From positions 10,564 through 74,563 of the forward strand of contig JBPOJH010000015.1 of NCBI GenBank assembly GCA_052033755.1: DNA of 64,000 nucleotides. The letters run 5' to 3'. A program made the translations under genes and the position numbers. Position 1 is the stretch's first letter, and every line of letters begins with the position of its first letter. Positions 46,003 through 55,204 of the stretch are shown in pieces. The notes beneath the pieces are model-generated. The model made no database searches and was not told the origin of the DNA. It worked only from the letters and a program-made list of their open reading frames with translations. The stretch is from Bdellovibrionota bacterium. GTDB taxonomy: Bacteria > Bdellovibrionota > Bdellovibrionia > Bdellovibrionales > Bdellovibrionaceae.

Positions 46003-46710
46003 CTAAAGGCAGGAATCAATAAAAAACTGGTTGTTTATCTGGTTATTACTAGAGGATTTATTATATACCATTTTAATTTTTTTTGCAGGTACGCCACCCC
46101 AAACCTCGTCTGCACCAACAACTGAACCTTTGGCTAGCACTGCTCCAGAGGCTATAATTGCCCCGTCGTAGATAATACAACCGGAATGTATAATGGCGTT
46201 GGCTCCCACAGTTACATTGTTTCCAATTTGTATCGGGTAGTGAGCCAAATGATTCGCTTCAATTTCATGCGGAATGATCAATGAATTAAAGCCTAATATG
46301 GAGTTGGAACCAACTGTGACTAATGTTGGATCGAAGATCACGCCAGAAGTATAGGTGTTTTCGCCAAGTTGAGCGCCTAAAAAAATAAATAGACTACGTC
46401 GAATGGGAGTCGGAATGGCTTTGTTAAAAGTGAGAGGATATAAAAACATCAAATATTGCAAAATATAAATGTGATAGATGGTTTGTTCTTTGGAGTTGTG
46501 TTTTATGACGCCACTTGAAAGAGGAAAATATTTTAGGAATAACCTGAACAAATTACATTCGAAAAAGTAAAACAACGTCGTACCAATCATTAGATTAATA
46601 AAATTGAAGGACCATTCAAGAAACAATACATAAAATGCAACAGTCAAAAAGATGGATATGGTCGGTAGGGTCAGTGCTAGTAAAACTTCTTTCATCTGAA
46701 TCTTTCTCAT
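46003..46710 (-). CDS. membrane-anchored hexapeptide-repeat (LbH) acyltransferase
   Basis: N-terminal TM helices are followed by hexapeptide repeats IGNNVTVGANAIIHSGCIIYDGAIIASGAVLAKGSVVGADEVWGGVPAK. Confidence 0.75.
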   Translation of the reverse strand: MRKIQMKEVLLALTLPTISIFLTVAFYVLFLEWSFNFINLMIGTTLFYFFECNLFRLFLKYFPLSSGVIKHNSKEQTIYHIYILQYLMFLYPLTFNKAIPTPIRRSLFIFLGAQLGENTYTSGVIFDPTLVTVGSNSILGFNSLIIPHEIEANHLAHYPIQIGNNVTVGANAIIHSGCIIYDGAIIASGAVLAKGSVVGADEVWGGVPAKKIKMVYNKSSSNNQINNQFFIDSCL

Positions 46711-46884
46711 AAATTATCCTAATCCTTTATTAGTTTGTAATTACTCTGTCTGTTAATAGAATACGTTTTTTGATTGCTAATATATATGGACAAAGATGTC
46801 AGGATCATTGATCTTCATGTCTATTTTTAAGAATATTCTCACTTTGATTCTATTGTTTTCAGAGGAATCTGACGATAGTTAGGT

Positions 46885-48411
46885 ATGGCTTCACGTTTTC
46901 GGCAAACACTGCAAAAGATTGAAAATCACATACAGTTGGCACAAATAAGCAAGGCGCGGCAGTTATTATTGACAATCCCTTATGGAGAGCTAGCTGAAGC
47001 TGAAGCTATTCAATACGCGCATTTGTCTAGACGTAGTGGCAGCTCCTTACGTGGTTTAAAAATGTTAAAACCATTCGTGAACATTGAAGGCTTTGGAAAA
47101 TTAAAGGCTAGCGATGAAATTCAATTAACGTATGCGGCAGGACTTAACTCGCTTCATTTGCTAAAAGAAGCGAACGCCATTTTTCTAAATTTGAAAAATA
47201 CGCTTGATCCGGAAAATAAATCGACGTCGCAATTGTATTTTTTTATGGGATTAAATGCGATTTCTAGGTGGGATTATGAAAATGCCAGTCAATATTTTTC
47301 TTTGGCCAATCGTTGGTTGACTAATGAATATGTAAAACAAGTGGCCATGGTGAATTATTTGGCTTCGTTGGTATATTTAGAAAAATATAGTTTTGTTCTA
47401 CAGGTTATCGATGCTGAGATTTTGGCTTCAGAAAGAAATAATTGGAACTTATTGGTAGCAAATTTATTAGAGATAAAAGGGCAAGCGTATCTGTTTTTAG
47501 AAGATTATGAAGTCGCCAAGATTTGTTTCGAAAAATCGATTCGCTTACACGGTGAAACAAACCTCATGCAACAACTTTTATTACAAAAGTGGCAATTGAT
47601 AATGGAGCTTAGGCAAAAAGAAATCTATAATAAGCAAAAATGGTATCAACTACGAACGCAAGCCAGACATGCAAACTTATGGGAACTTTGTCGTGATTTA
47701 GACTTTTATTCTTTATTTCACTGTTTTGATTCAAGCATTTTTCATAAGTTAATATATGGTACACCATTCGATAGTTATAAAATCAGATTAATAAAAGCTC
47801 AACACAGCGTTCAAATATTGGAGGATCCATTTATTTGGAATCTTCCAGACTTAATCGAAGACGCAAAATCAGAAAGTAACTTTTATAGTAAAAAACCATC
47901 CACATTAAAAATAATCAGTATGAAGGAAATAGAAACTAGAACAGACATATTTAGCGTACTTGATATACAAGGGGTTAAGTGCTTGTCGGAAGACTTTTAT
48001 CGTCCAGTTAGTATGGGTCAAGTTTACACGCAAGTATTTTCTGATCAATATTTTCAACCTGAAACAGGGTATCAACGTGTGCAAAAATTTATGCAACGAT
48101 TGCGAATAAAATTAAAAAAGCTAGATCCGCTTTTTGAAATTGGGCAATATCGTGGACATTTTTATTTAGCAGGAAAATTAGCTATAGAAGTACCTTATCC
48201 CATAAAACAAACATGGCAAAAGGATCGACATATATATAAAGATTTGCAACTACCTACGTCAGAATACTTTTCAAGTCGTGAAGTTGCTAAGCTAAATTCA
48301 TTTATCTCGTACAGACAAGTGATGCGGAAGCTAAATCACGTTTTAGAAAAAGGTATCATAGGGAAAATTGGACAAGGTCCTAGTTCTAAATATTTCATTC
48401 GAGTGGATTAA
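46885..48411 (+). CDS. TPR-like protein with C-terminal OmpR-type and second winged-helix DNA-binding domains
   Basis: The N-terminal ~320 aa consists of helical repeats. RPVSMGQVYTQVF...YQRVQKFMQRLRIKLKKL...YRGHFYL resembles trans_reg_C. The terminal FSSREVAKLNSFISYRQVMRKLNHVLEKGIIGKIGQGPSSKYF resembles a wHTH. Confidence 0.5.
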   Translation: MASRFRQTLQKIENHIQLAQISKARQLLLTIPYGELAEAEAIQYAHLSRRSGSSLRGLKMLKPFVNIEGFGKLKASDEIQLTYAAGLNSLHLLKEANAIFLNLKNTLDPENKSTSQLYFFMGLNAISRWDYENASQYFSLANRWLTNEYVKQVAMVNYLASLVYLEKYSFVLQVIDAEILASERNNWNLLVANLLEIKGQAYLFLEDYEVAKICFEKSIRLHGETNLMQQLLLQKWQLIMELRQKEIYNKQKWYQLRTQARHANLWELCRDLDFYSLFHCFDSSIFHKLIYGTPFDSYKIRLIKAQHSVQILEDPFIWNLPDLIEDAKSESNFYSKKPSTLKIISMKEIETRTDIFSVLDIQGVKCLSEDFYRPVSMGQVYTQVFSDQYFQPETGYQRVQKFMQRLRIKLKKLDPLFEIGQYRGHFYLAGKLAIEVPYPIKQTWQKDRHIYKDLQLPTSEYFSSREVAKLNSFISYRQVMRKLNHVLEKGIIGKIGQGPSSKYFIRVD

Positions 48412-50693
48412 AAATTTTTATCTATCCACAAGTATAAAGATTTTAAGTAAAAATTCGAACCAGTCGTTAAGAAACTAACTTCAGTTCCATATTCATTGGT
48501 TTCAAAGCTTTCTACGTCTCCCAAAGCAAAAAAGCGGTTGCTAATGACGCGTAATTGTCCCGTGCTAGATTCAAATAAATATAGTTCTTTTGGTCGTCCA
48601 GGGCGCTCGGCTATAAAGAATAATCGTTCTGATTTAGGTAGAAATTGAATTTGATGTACATACGCATTTTCTAAAAGAAGTGTTTTTTCTCGAGCTAATT
48701 CCGGATGATCTAAATTCAGATAAATCATTTTTGTCAGTTGATTGGCTTTGCTGTTATCAGTGGATGCGCAAATTAAAATGACCTCGTTGTTGACGGTTTT
48801 CATGGAGGCAGCATTAACAGGACCATTCGACATTTGTTGCGGCATTAGATAAGTGATCTTGCATTGATTCCTACTGCTATAAATTAAAATGTCATTCTTT
48901 GTGTTAAGATTAAAAAATCGCAATTCATATCCGTAGTACTGAGCTTTATTATTTACCAAATCGTGCGAAGCTTTTTTAATATAGGCAAGGCCATTTGTAG
49001 TCCAGAGTAACTTCGGCTGATAGTAGATATCGCTCATTTCGATTGGTTCTTGTATGTTTCCTATAGTTGACCAATTATTATTGAAAGATTGTAAAACATA
49101 AAATTTGAAATCTTTAGGGTGGGTAATGCTATAGTTTTTGATAACCAGATAATTTTGGTGACTAGAAACTATGTTTTTATAGCCCTGTCGGGCAACTAGT
49201 GGGTCATCGGGAGTTAAAACGGGTTGTACATTATGAGTCAATAGGTGATAGGTAAATAATCCACCATACAAGTCGCTAAAAGCAATTTCGCTTTGATTAT
49301 TTAATAATCGAGAATGGTAATATGAAATCGAACTGATGTTCAAACTTGGATTGCCTGAATTCGCTATTGATTTTGGATCAATCAAAGTTTTGATTCCTGT
49401 TGAAAGGTCATAAGTACCTAGCAAATGACGATCCTGTTCCAGAAGTTGATAAGGACTTTCTGTGAAGAAAATTTTATTAGGTATAGCCGGTGAGGAGAAA
49501 TAGTCTGTTAGTGGTAGATAGCTATGGATTAATGGAGTAGATACCCAGTGACTCAGATTAGGAAAGTTACTCATGTCCATTATAATTTGCTGACTCAGTA
49601 ATGTATTTTTATTTTTTTGCTCAAAGATAACTGCATTATTCTCTGCAAGATATTGAAAAGAGTCTATGCTATTTGGAGTATTTGATTTGAAAATAGACTG
49701 AACTTGATGTGTTTGAAAATCATAAAATTTCATTTCTTGCGGATATGGGTTTTCTAAGAGCTGTGTAAACAATAAACCACTTAGATGATTTTGGCTGGCT
49801 AGGTTAGTCACGGAATTTAACTTTAGGGATGACTGGATATTATTTGCTAACATTTGATTGGATGGCCAAATATAACCATCAAATTTTTGTCCTAAATAAC
49901 AATCGTAGTTTATCTGTGATGAATCTTTTGAAGTAAGTCGTCCTGCGAAGGAACCATTAGAGTTTGCTAAGGTTAAATTTCCGAAAATATCCAGCTGGAA
50001 ATTGTCGGTTGAAACTAATTCTTGTTCATTTGTGCGGCTTGCATCGCTCTGTAATTGAAAATGAAGGATTTGTTGAGTGTTGGATTGGAAAGAATGTTTT
50101 CCTTTGGTCTTAATTAAGTAAGGTTGTGAGTCTGACTTCAAAAAAGTTTGATCGTTATATAATATAATTTCGGATTTTTTGTTGACGTCTATGCACCAAG
50201 CAATGGCCACTGTATTCAACGAGTCATGTGGTTTAGTGCGATCTAAATTATACAGACCGTCTTTGTAGACAATTAAATCTTTTGAAGCATCTGAAAACTG
50301 AATATCTTTTTCCGACAGAATGGATTTGTTGTATTTGCAAGTATCTTTGTTCTCAAGTGTTTCGATAGTAAAAGAGGTTTCATTTGATTTGTTGCTATTC
50401 AATTGAATATTAATTTTAGAAAGGATTTGTTGTGGACAATTAATTCCTGGAACTGTTCTTAAGAATAATCCTTCTGGTTTTCCTTCGTATCCGTAACCAT
50501 TGCCCCCACCGCCATCGGTCGAAGGTTGGTTTTCTTCCGAATTAGATTCTTGGGCTTTTGAGGCGAATGTATTTAGCGATTCAAACTTGAAAGTGTTAGA
50601 TAAAATACAATTCTGAAATAGGAATGAAACTACAACCAGTGCGGGTAGAAATCTAAATAAAATTAGCTTCTGAGGCAGTTTCATTGTTCGCAT
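48408..50693 (-). CDS. large lipoprotein, probably beta-propeller (PD40/TolB-like repeats)
   Basis: Signal/lipobox (VVVSFLFQNC) and a Gly-rich linker (GGGGNGYGYEG). The C-terminus LFFIAERPGRPKELYLFESSTGQLRVIS resembles a PD40 repeat. Composition is AT-rich. Confidence 0.55.
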   Translation of the reverse strand: MRTMKLPQKLILFRFLPALVVVSFLFQNCILSNTFKFESLNTFASKAQESNSEENQPSTDGGGGNGYGYEGKPEGLFLRTVPGINCPQQILSKINIQLNSNKSNETSFTIETLENKDTCKYNKSILSEKDIQFSDASKDLIVYKDGLYNLDRTKPHDSLNTVAIAWCIDVNKKSEIILYNDQTFLKSDSQPYLIKTKGKHSFQSNTQQILHFQLQSDASRTNEQELVSTDNFQLDIFGNLTLANSNGSFAGRLTSKDSSQINYDCYLGQKFDGYIWPSNQMLANNIQSSLKLNSVTNLASQNHLSGLLFTQLLENPYPQEMKFYDFQTHQVQSIFKSNTPNSIDSFQYLAENNAVIFEQKNKNTLLSQQIIMDMSNFPNLSHWVSTPLIHSYLPLTDYFSSPAIPNKIFFTESPYQLLEQDRHLLGTYDLSTGIKTLIDPKSIANSGNPSLNISSISYYHSRLLNNQSEIAFSDLYGGLFTYHLLTHNVQPVLTPDDPLVARQGYKNIVSSHQNYLVIKNYSITHPKDFKFYVLQSFNNNWSTIGNIQEPIEMSDIYYQPKLLWTTNGLAYIKKASHDLVNNKAQYYGYELRFFNLNTKNDILIYSSRNQCKITYLMPQQMSNGPVNAASMKTVNNEVILICASTDNSKANQLTKMIYLNLDHPELAREKTLLLENAYVHQIQFLPKSERLFFIAERPGRPKELYLFESSTGQLRVISNRFFALGDVESFETNEYGTEVSFLTTGSNFYLKSLYLWIDKNF

Positions 50694-50808
50694 CCCTCCC
50701 CGAATTACAAGCGGTAATAGTTTATCGGTAAAGATGAGCCAGATCTTAATCTAGATTGAATAAAAAAAAGTTTCAAAATGAAACAATGTGGCGCTAAGTT
50801 TTACAGTT

Positions 50809-51210
50809 TTAATGATTTTGAGAATGATTTGCTCGCACTGTGTTTTCTACAATATGAAAATACGTGCGAACTAAAAGCTCATACGACTCGGGACTAAGGT
50901 CTTGCAGGTATGACATTTTATCAAAATAGGAATCCTTAGCGACCAGTTCGGTCATTGCATCTTGCACTTGTTTCATTTTTTGGAAATCAAAAAAATCTTT
51001 TTCGTCACAGTTTTTTGCTAAAATTGCTGCTAATTCCTTGTTATCAAAAATGATGTGTACGCCCATGGCACTGTGCCTAAGTAAGGCTTCCATTTTTGCT
51101 AAATGCTTTTCCTGAATCTGTGGACGAGTGGATTCGCCTTCCATGACTGGGTTTGGATTGTTATTCGTAGGATTATTATTATTCGGTCCATTAGATCCAG
51201 AGTTTGACAA
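50809..51210 (-). CDS. hypothetical protein with an Asn/Pro-rich N-terminus
   Basis: 133-aa ORF with a low-complexity N-terminus (NGPNNNNPTNNNPNP) followed by a helical domain. Confidence 0.5.
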   Translation of the reverse strand: MSNSGSNGPNNNNPTNNNPNPVMEGESTRPQIQEKHLAKMEALLRHSAMGVHIIFDNKELAAILAKNCDEKDFFDFQKMKQVQDAMTELVAKDSYFDKMSYLQDLSPESYELLVRTYFHIVENTVRANHSQNH

Positions 51211-51399
51211 TCGGCCTCCCTTGGCTAATCAAGTCGTATCGAATTTTTTGTTTAAAAAGTCTAAAATCTTTTTGGTAACAACTTTTATCGACTTATCAAC
51301 CTTCCATAGTTGATATTAAAATTGTGAGAAAAAAAACTAAACGAGGCAAGGGTTTTAAAGCTTCTTGACAAGGTTCATCATATCGCAGGACTGTAAGGA

Positions 51400-52305
51400 A
51401 TGCTAAAATCTAAAATACCTAAGGTAAAAAATAAAAATTTAAAGTCAAAGGGCGTGCGATTACGACCAAAAAAGAAAGAATATGTTGTTGATAGGCAGGC
51501 AGGTCTTGTTTTTTCTACCGAGAAAGAACTGTTAAGTTACTTTCAACCCTACACCAATAAAATTTGGCAGGATCATGTTGGCTGGGAAGACAGCATAAAA
51601 GCTCAAGATGATTCCAAGTCGAAAGAGAAAGACTTAAATATATCCGATCTTGAATTAGAAAAACAGTTAGCGATGACATTGGAAGACCCCTCTGAGATTT
51701 GGCATGATGCGACTACATTTAAAGAGTTTCCTATTTTTCATTTTATCTCGGTGTTGCCTGATCATCATGGTTATCATGTGGCTGTAGCCTATGTTAGTAG
51801 CGAGGATGAGCCGACATTCGTGTTTTTACATTTTTATACCCAAGATGCCGATTTAGTAGCGAAGTACCAACGTGGTGAAATTATCTTTGATCGTTCTATC
51901 GAAGAGGTGGGCTTTGCAACAATTGAAGGAGACGGTTTATCTGAAGGTGATCCTATTGCCATGGGTTTGTTTTTATCGATGTTAAAGATTCGCTCTGATA
52001 AAGATGTGCCATACGAAAAATTCAAGACCTTAGGCGAGGAGTTAAGAAACGAAACGATTCAGAACCCTGACGAGATCTGGCGTCGACAGGATTATTATGG
52101 CAATTCGATTGTTTCATTTATTCGTGAATTTCCGGATCACGAATGGAAGGATTTATTTTATATAGCTGTGGCGCAAGAGGAAGAAACCGATGGTGTTCAT
52201 AGTTTATTGTTTTCATTTCCGACAACTGACGAATCGTTAGTGGACCGATATCGTCAGGGTGATAACTTACAATCGGAAGAGGTCAGCCAAGAATCCAGCC
52301 ATTGA
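51400..52305 (+). CDS. hypothetical protein with a basic N-terminus and two tandem copies of a ~75-aa domain
   Basis: Internal duplication seen by eye. Copy 1 is LEDPSEIWHD...FISVLPDHHGYHVAVAY...FVFLHFYTQDADLVAKYQRGE. Copy 2 is IQNPDEIWRR...FIREFPDHEWKDLFYIAVA...LLFSFPTTDESLVDRYRQGD. Confidence 0.6.
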   Translation: MLKSKIPKVKNKNLKSKGVRLRPKKKEYVVDRQAGLVFSTEKELLSYFQPYTNKIWQDHVGWEDSIKAQDDSKSKEKDLNISDLELEKQLAMTLEDPSEIWHDATTFKEFPIFHFISVLPDHHGYHVAVAYVSSEDEPTFVFLHFYTQDADLVAKYQRGEIIFDRSIEEVGFATIEGDGLSEGDPIAMGLFLSMLKIRSDKDVPYEKFKTLGEELRNETIQNPDEIWRRQDYYGNSIVSFIREFPDHEWKDLFYIAVAQEEETDGVHSLLFSFPTTDESLVDRYRQGDNLQSEEVSQESSH

Positions 52306-52313
52306 TAGAAGTA

Positions 52314-52434
52314 GAAGTGATTTCATAAGTCCAAAGTCAAGGCGCGACCGAGGAGAGCGCGGAGGCGTCCTTTATGGACGTCGCACAAGCGAACCGACAG
52401 AGCAACGCTGGATTTGGATTTATGAAATCATTTC
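52314..52434. repeat. 121-bp inverted-repeat element filling a convergent intergenic gap
   Basis: The 25-nt arms GAAGTGATTTCATAAGTCCAAAGTC (52314-52338) and GGATTTGGATTTATGAAATCATTTC (52410-52434) pair at 21/25 positions plus 2 G-U. They flank a 71-nt GC-rich core. Confidence 0.7.
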
Positions 52435-53279
52435 TAGTACAAGCAGAAGGGGCTGCTAAGACTTACAAGCTGAGCGTCCGTCCAAGTTTGTCCTAATTTG
52501 TCTTTTAAAGGATGCAGTTGAAATAAAGCATCTGGATGAGTGTTTTTATAAGCCTGAGGATCTGCGATAAAGCGAGGTATTAAAATTTCTGTTGTTGCAT
52601 AAGTCGTACGTCCATCGGCAGACTCTAAGGCCACTTTTAATATTTGAAAACTATTTGTAGCATCTTGAGTGTCGACCAAAAAATTTACAGACTTAAAGAA
52701 GCGATCTGTCGGGTTAGTGGCTCCATAATAGTTGTTAAAACCTGCGACCGTACATTCGTAAGAAACATCTTCAAAATATTTTTTAGTCAATAAGTCCGAG
52801 TTACATTTTGCATAATCCATCATTTTTTCCATCATCGAATAATCAAACGATCGATATGTGTATTGACTAGCTAGGGGTTCAATTAAGCCCGATGAATTAC
52901 GAATTTCAAATCGAAACGGCAACTGTGTAGCGTCTTCATTTTTTGATCCGTCAGAAGCGACAGAGGCTTTGTGCACTCGAATAGTTACACCTGTTGTTTT
53001 AAAATCAGCAGGAAGACTTAAAATTTGAAGACGCATCATTTGGGTGCTCATACCAGTTAGCTGCACTTGAAAACCACTGTCTGACATACTTTTTGAACAA
53101 TTAGCTAAACCATAAGTTTTACCTTGTATCGTGGTAGTAGTGTCTGTGGTTGGTGTCGAAGTAGAGGCGACAATTGCTTCTCCAGAAGATACCTTGCTTG
53201 ATCCACATCCGATTAAGAGCGCACCCATACTTAGTAATAAAACTGCTGTCATGGATTGTTGTAAGTATTTTGTTTTCAT
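52434..53279 (-). CDS. lipoprotein of unknown function
   Basis: Lipobox LLIGCGSS, a Thr-rich linker, and no recognised motif. Confidence 0.6.
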   Translation of the reverse strand: MKTKYLQQSMTAVLLLSMGALLIGCGSSKVSSGEAIVASTSTPTTDTTTTIQGKTYGLANCSKSMSDSGFQVQLTGMSTQMMRLQILSLPADFKTTGVTIRVHKASVASDGSKNEDATQLPFRFEIRNSSGLIEPLASQYTYRSFDYSMMEKMMDYAKCNSDLLTKKYFEDVSYECTVAGFNNYYGATNPTDRFFKSVNFLVDTQDATNSFQILKVALESADGRTTYATTEILIPRFIADPQAYKNTHPDALFQLHPLKDKLGQTWTDAQLVSLSSPFCLY

Positions 53280-53511
53280 ATCAACCTCGTTAGTGAATTT
53301 AAGTTTATGCTTAAGTAACTATGCAAGTGAGTGGCCATGTCTGGAATTGATTCGATAAAAAATAACTTTTAGTTTCAAAGACTTAGGTAGTGATTATTGG
53401 TTTAAAATGAGGCAGTCTAGGTTTGATACGTATAGAGTTTAGTCGGGTGTCGGTAAAACAATAGTCACTAGGCTTTGACAGGAATGAATTATTTTCTGAT
53501 CCTATCTATGA

Positions 53512-55185
53512 ATGGATGCAAGTATATCTCAGCAAATGAAATTACGTCTTGATGAAAAGACCATGCAACGGTCGTTCACGTCTAGTATTATTCATCTCAT
53601 TTTGAATCTAATTTTTTTGATCACAATGGATTTGCCGTTTTTGATTCAAGAGGGTTATGGCTTTGTTCTAATTGCAAATTTTATTACTTTTGTAGTTCGA
53701 ATGGTGGCTGCGAAGCGCTATCTAAATAATCTGACATTGGAATCCACTCCGAAAAAGCAAATGATTCGCTGGCTGCATAATTCTTCGATAATCGTGATTG
53801 CATTTATGTGGTCATGGTTTGTTTTTGGAGTGTTGAAGTATTATGGTCCAACACACTATTTTAGCTTATTAGTAATGATTACTATCGTTGGAGTTTTATC
53901 TGGAGCACCTTTTTCTATGGGCACAGTGCCATGGTTAAGAATGGCCTTCACCTTGATTATGTTGAGTGGGACAACAATTGCTTTTGTTTGGCTTTCTACG
54001 GATCCGAATAAATGGGGCTTTGTGGTGATGTCGGTTATTTTCTTTTTACATCTTTATAAGCAGGCTTCACATTATTACGAAGAAGAGCGTCGATCCATCG
54101 GTCGAGAATTATCGGCAGTTCAAGAATTACTAAGCATGCAAGCTTTGTTTGATTCTATGCCAGGATTTATTTTGTATTATGACGAAGCTTTAAAGGCGAA
54201 ATTATTCAGCCAAGGGGTTCGTCGAGAACTTGGCATTTCGATGTCGACAAATGATGTTTTAGATCCCAATCAACATCAAGTATTCTTAGATATGGTTGAA
54301 TTTTTAAGGCTGGGCATTCCGACTCAAAGTATGGAAGTTTCCTATCCAACAGCATCGGGAACGAAATGGTATTTATTAACAATTCAAAGGCTAGAAGGTG
54401 GCGTTAGGGGAGTCGTTGCTATTGGGCAGCCGATAGATGAGTTGGTGCAGGTGCGAAGTCGTTTAGAGTTAGAGACGTCAAAGTCGCAGTATGCAGCTCG
54501 ATTAGCAGCGATGGGAGAAATGGCTGCAGGAGTTGCGCACGAGGTGAATAATCCGTTGGCGATCATAATGGGCTGTTTAGCAAACATTGAGTCAGAGCTT
54601 AAAAAGGATATTAAACAACCACCTTGGATTGATAAGTTTAAAATATTAAGAGAAACAGTTGGTCGCATTAGTAAAATCGTTAAGGGTCTTATAACTTTTT
54701 CTAGGGATGGTAGTGAGGATCCGCATGAAATTCGTGATGTCTCTACGGTGGTGACGCAAGCATTGGATTTATGTCAAGAGCGATTTGTAAGGCATTCAAT
54801 TGCATTTGAAGTGGATCGCATTCCAGAGGTTTATATTTCGGAACGAGGTCATCAGTTATCGCAAGTTTTATACAATTTATTACTGAATGCGGTGGATGCG
54901 GTGATGACAACAGCGGATGAAAAAAAATGGATTAAAATGGAATTTCAAACGACCGACCATTACGTGTTTATTCGTATAATCGATGCCGGAAATGGAATTC
55001 CAGAGGGCATCAAAGAAAAAATTTTTACTCCGTTTTTCACGACCAAGTCGCAACAAAAAGCCGTAGGTTTGGGGTTAAGCGTTTCTCGCAGTATATTAAT
55101 GGATCACAAAGGGGATTTGTTTTTGGATCCTTACGCCCAACACACGGCCTTTGTGGTCAAGTTGCCGATTAGCTTTCGTGCTTAA
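53512..55185 (+). CDS. membrane sensor histidine kinase (orphan)
   Basis: Five or six N-terminal TM helices, H-box AAGVAHEVNNPLAII, N-box LLLNAVDA and G-boxes DAGNGI / GLGLSV. Confidence 0.85.
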   Translation: MDASISQQMKLRLDEKTMQRSFTSSIIHLILNLIFLITMDLPFLIQEGYGFVLIANFITFVVRMVAAKRYLNNLTLESTPKKQMIRWLHNSSIIVIAFMWSWFVFGVLKYYGPTHYFSLLVMITIVGVLSGAPFSMGTVPWLRMAFTLIMLSGTTIAFVWLSTDPNKWGFVVMSVIFFLHLYKQASHYYEEERRSIGRELSAVQELLSMQALFDSMPGFILYYDEALKAKLFSQGVRRELGISMSTNDVLDPNQHQVFLDMVEFLRLGIPTQSMEVSYPTASGTKWYLLTIQRLEGGVRGVVAIGQPIDELVQVRSRLELETSKSQYAARLAAMGEMAAGVAHEVNNPLAIIMGCLANIESELKKDIKQPPWIDKFKILRETVGRISKIVKGLITFSRDGSEDPHEIRDVSTVVTQALDLCQERFVRHSIAFEVDRIPEVYISERGHQLSQVLYNLLLNAVDAVMTTADEKKWIKMEFQTTDHYVFIRIIDAGNGIPEGIKEKIFTPFFTTKSQQKAVGLGLSVSRSILMDHKGDLFLDPYAQHTAFVVKLPISFRA

Positions 55186-55204
55186 CTAATATTACCAAAT
55201 TTAA

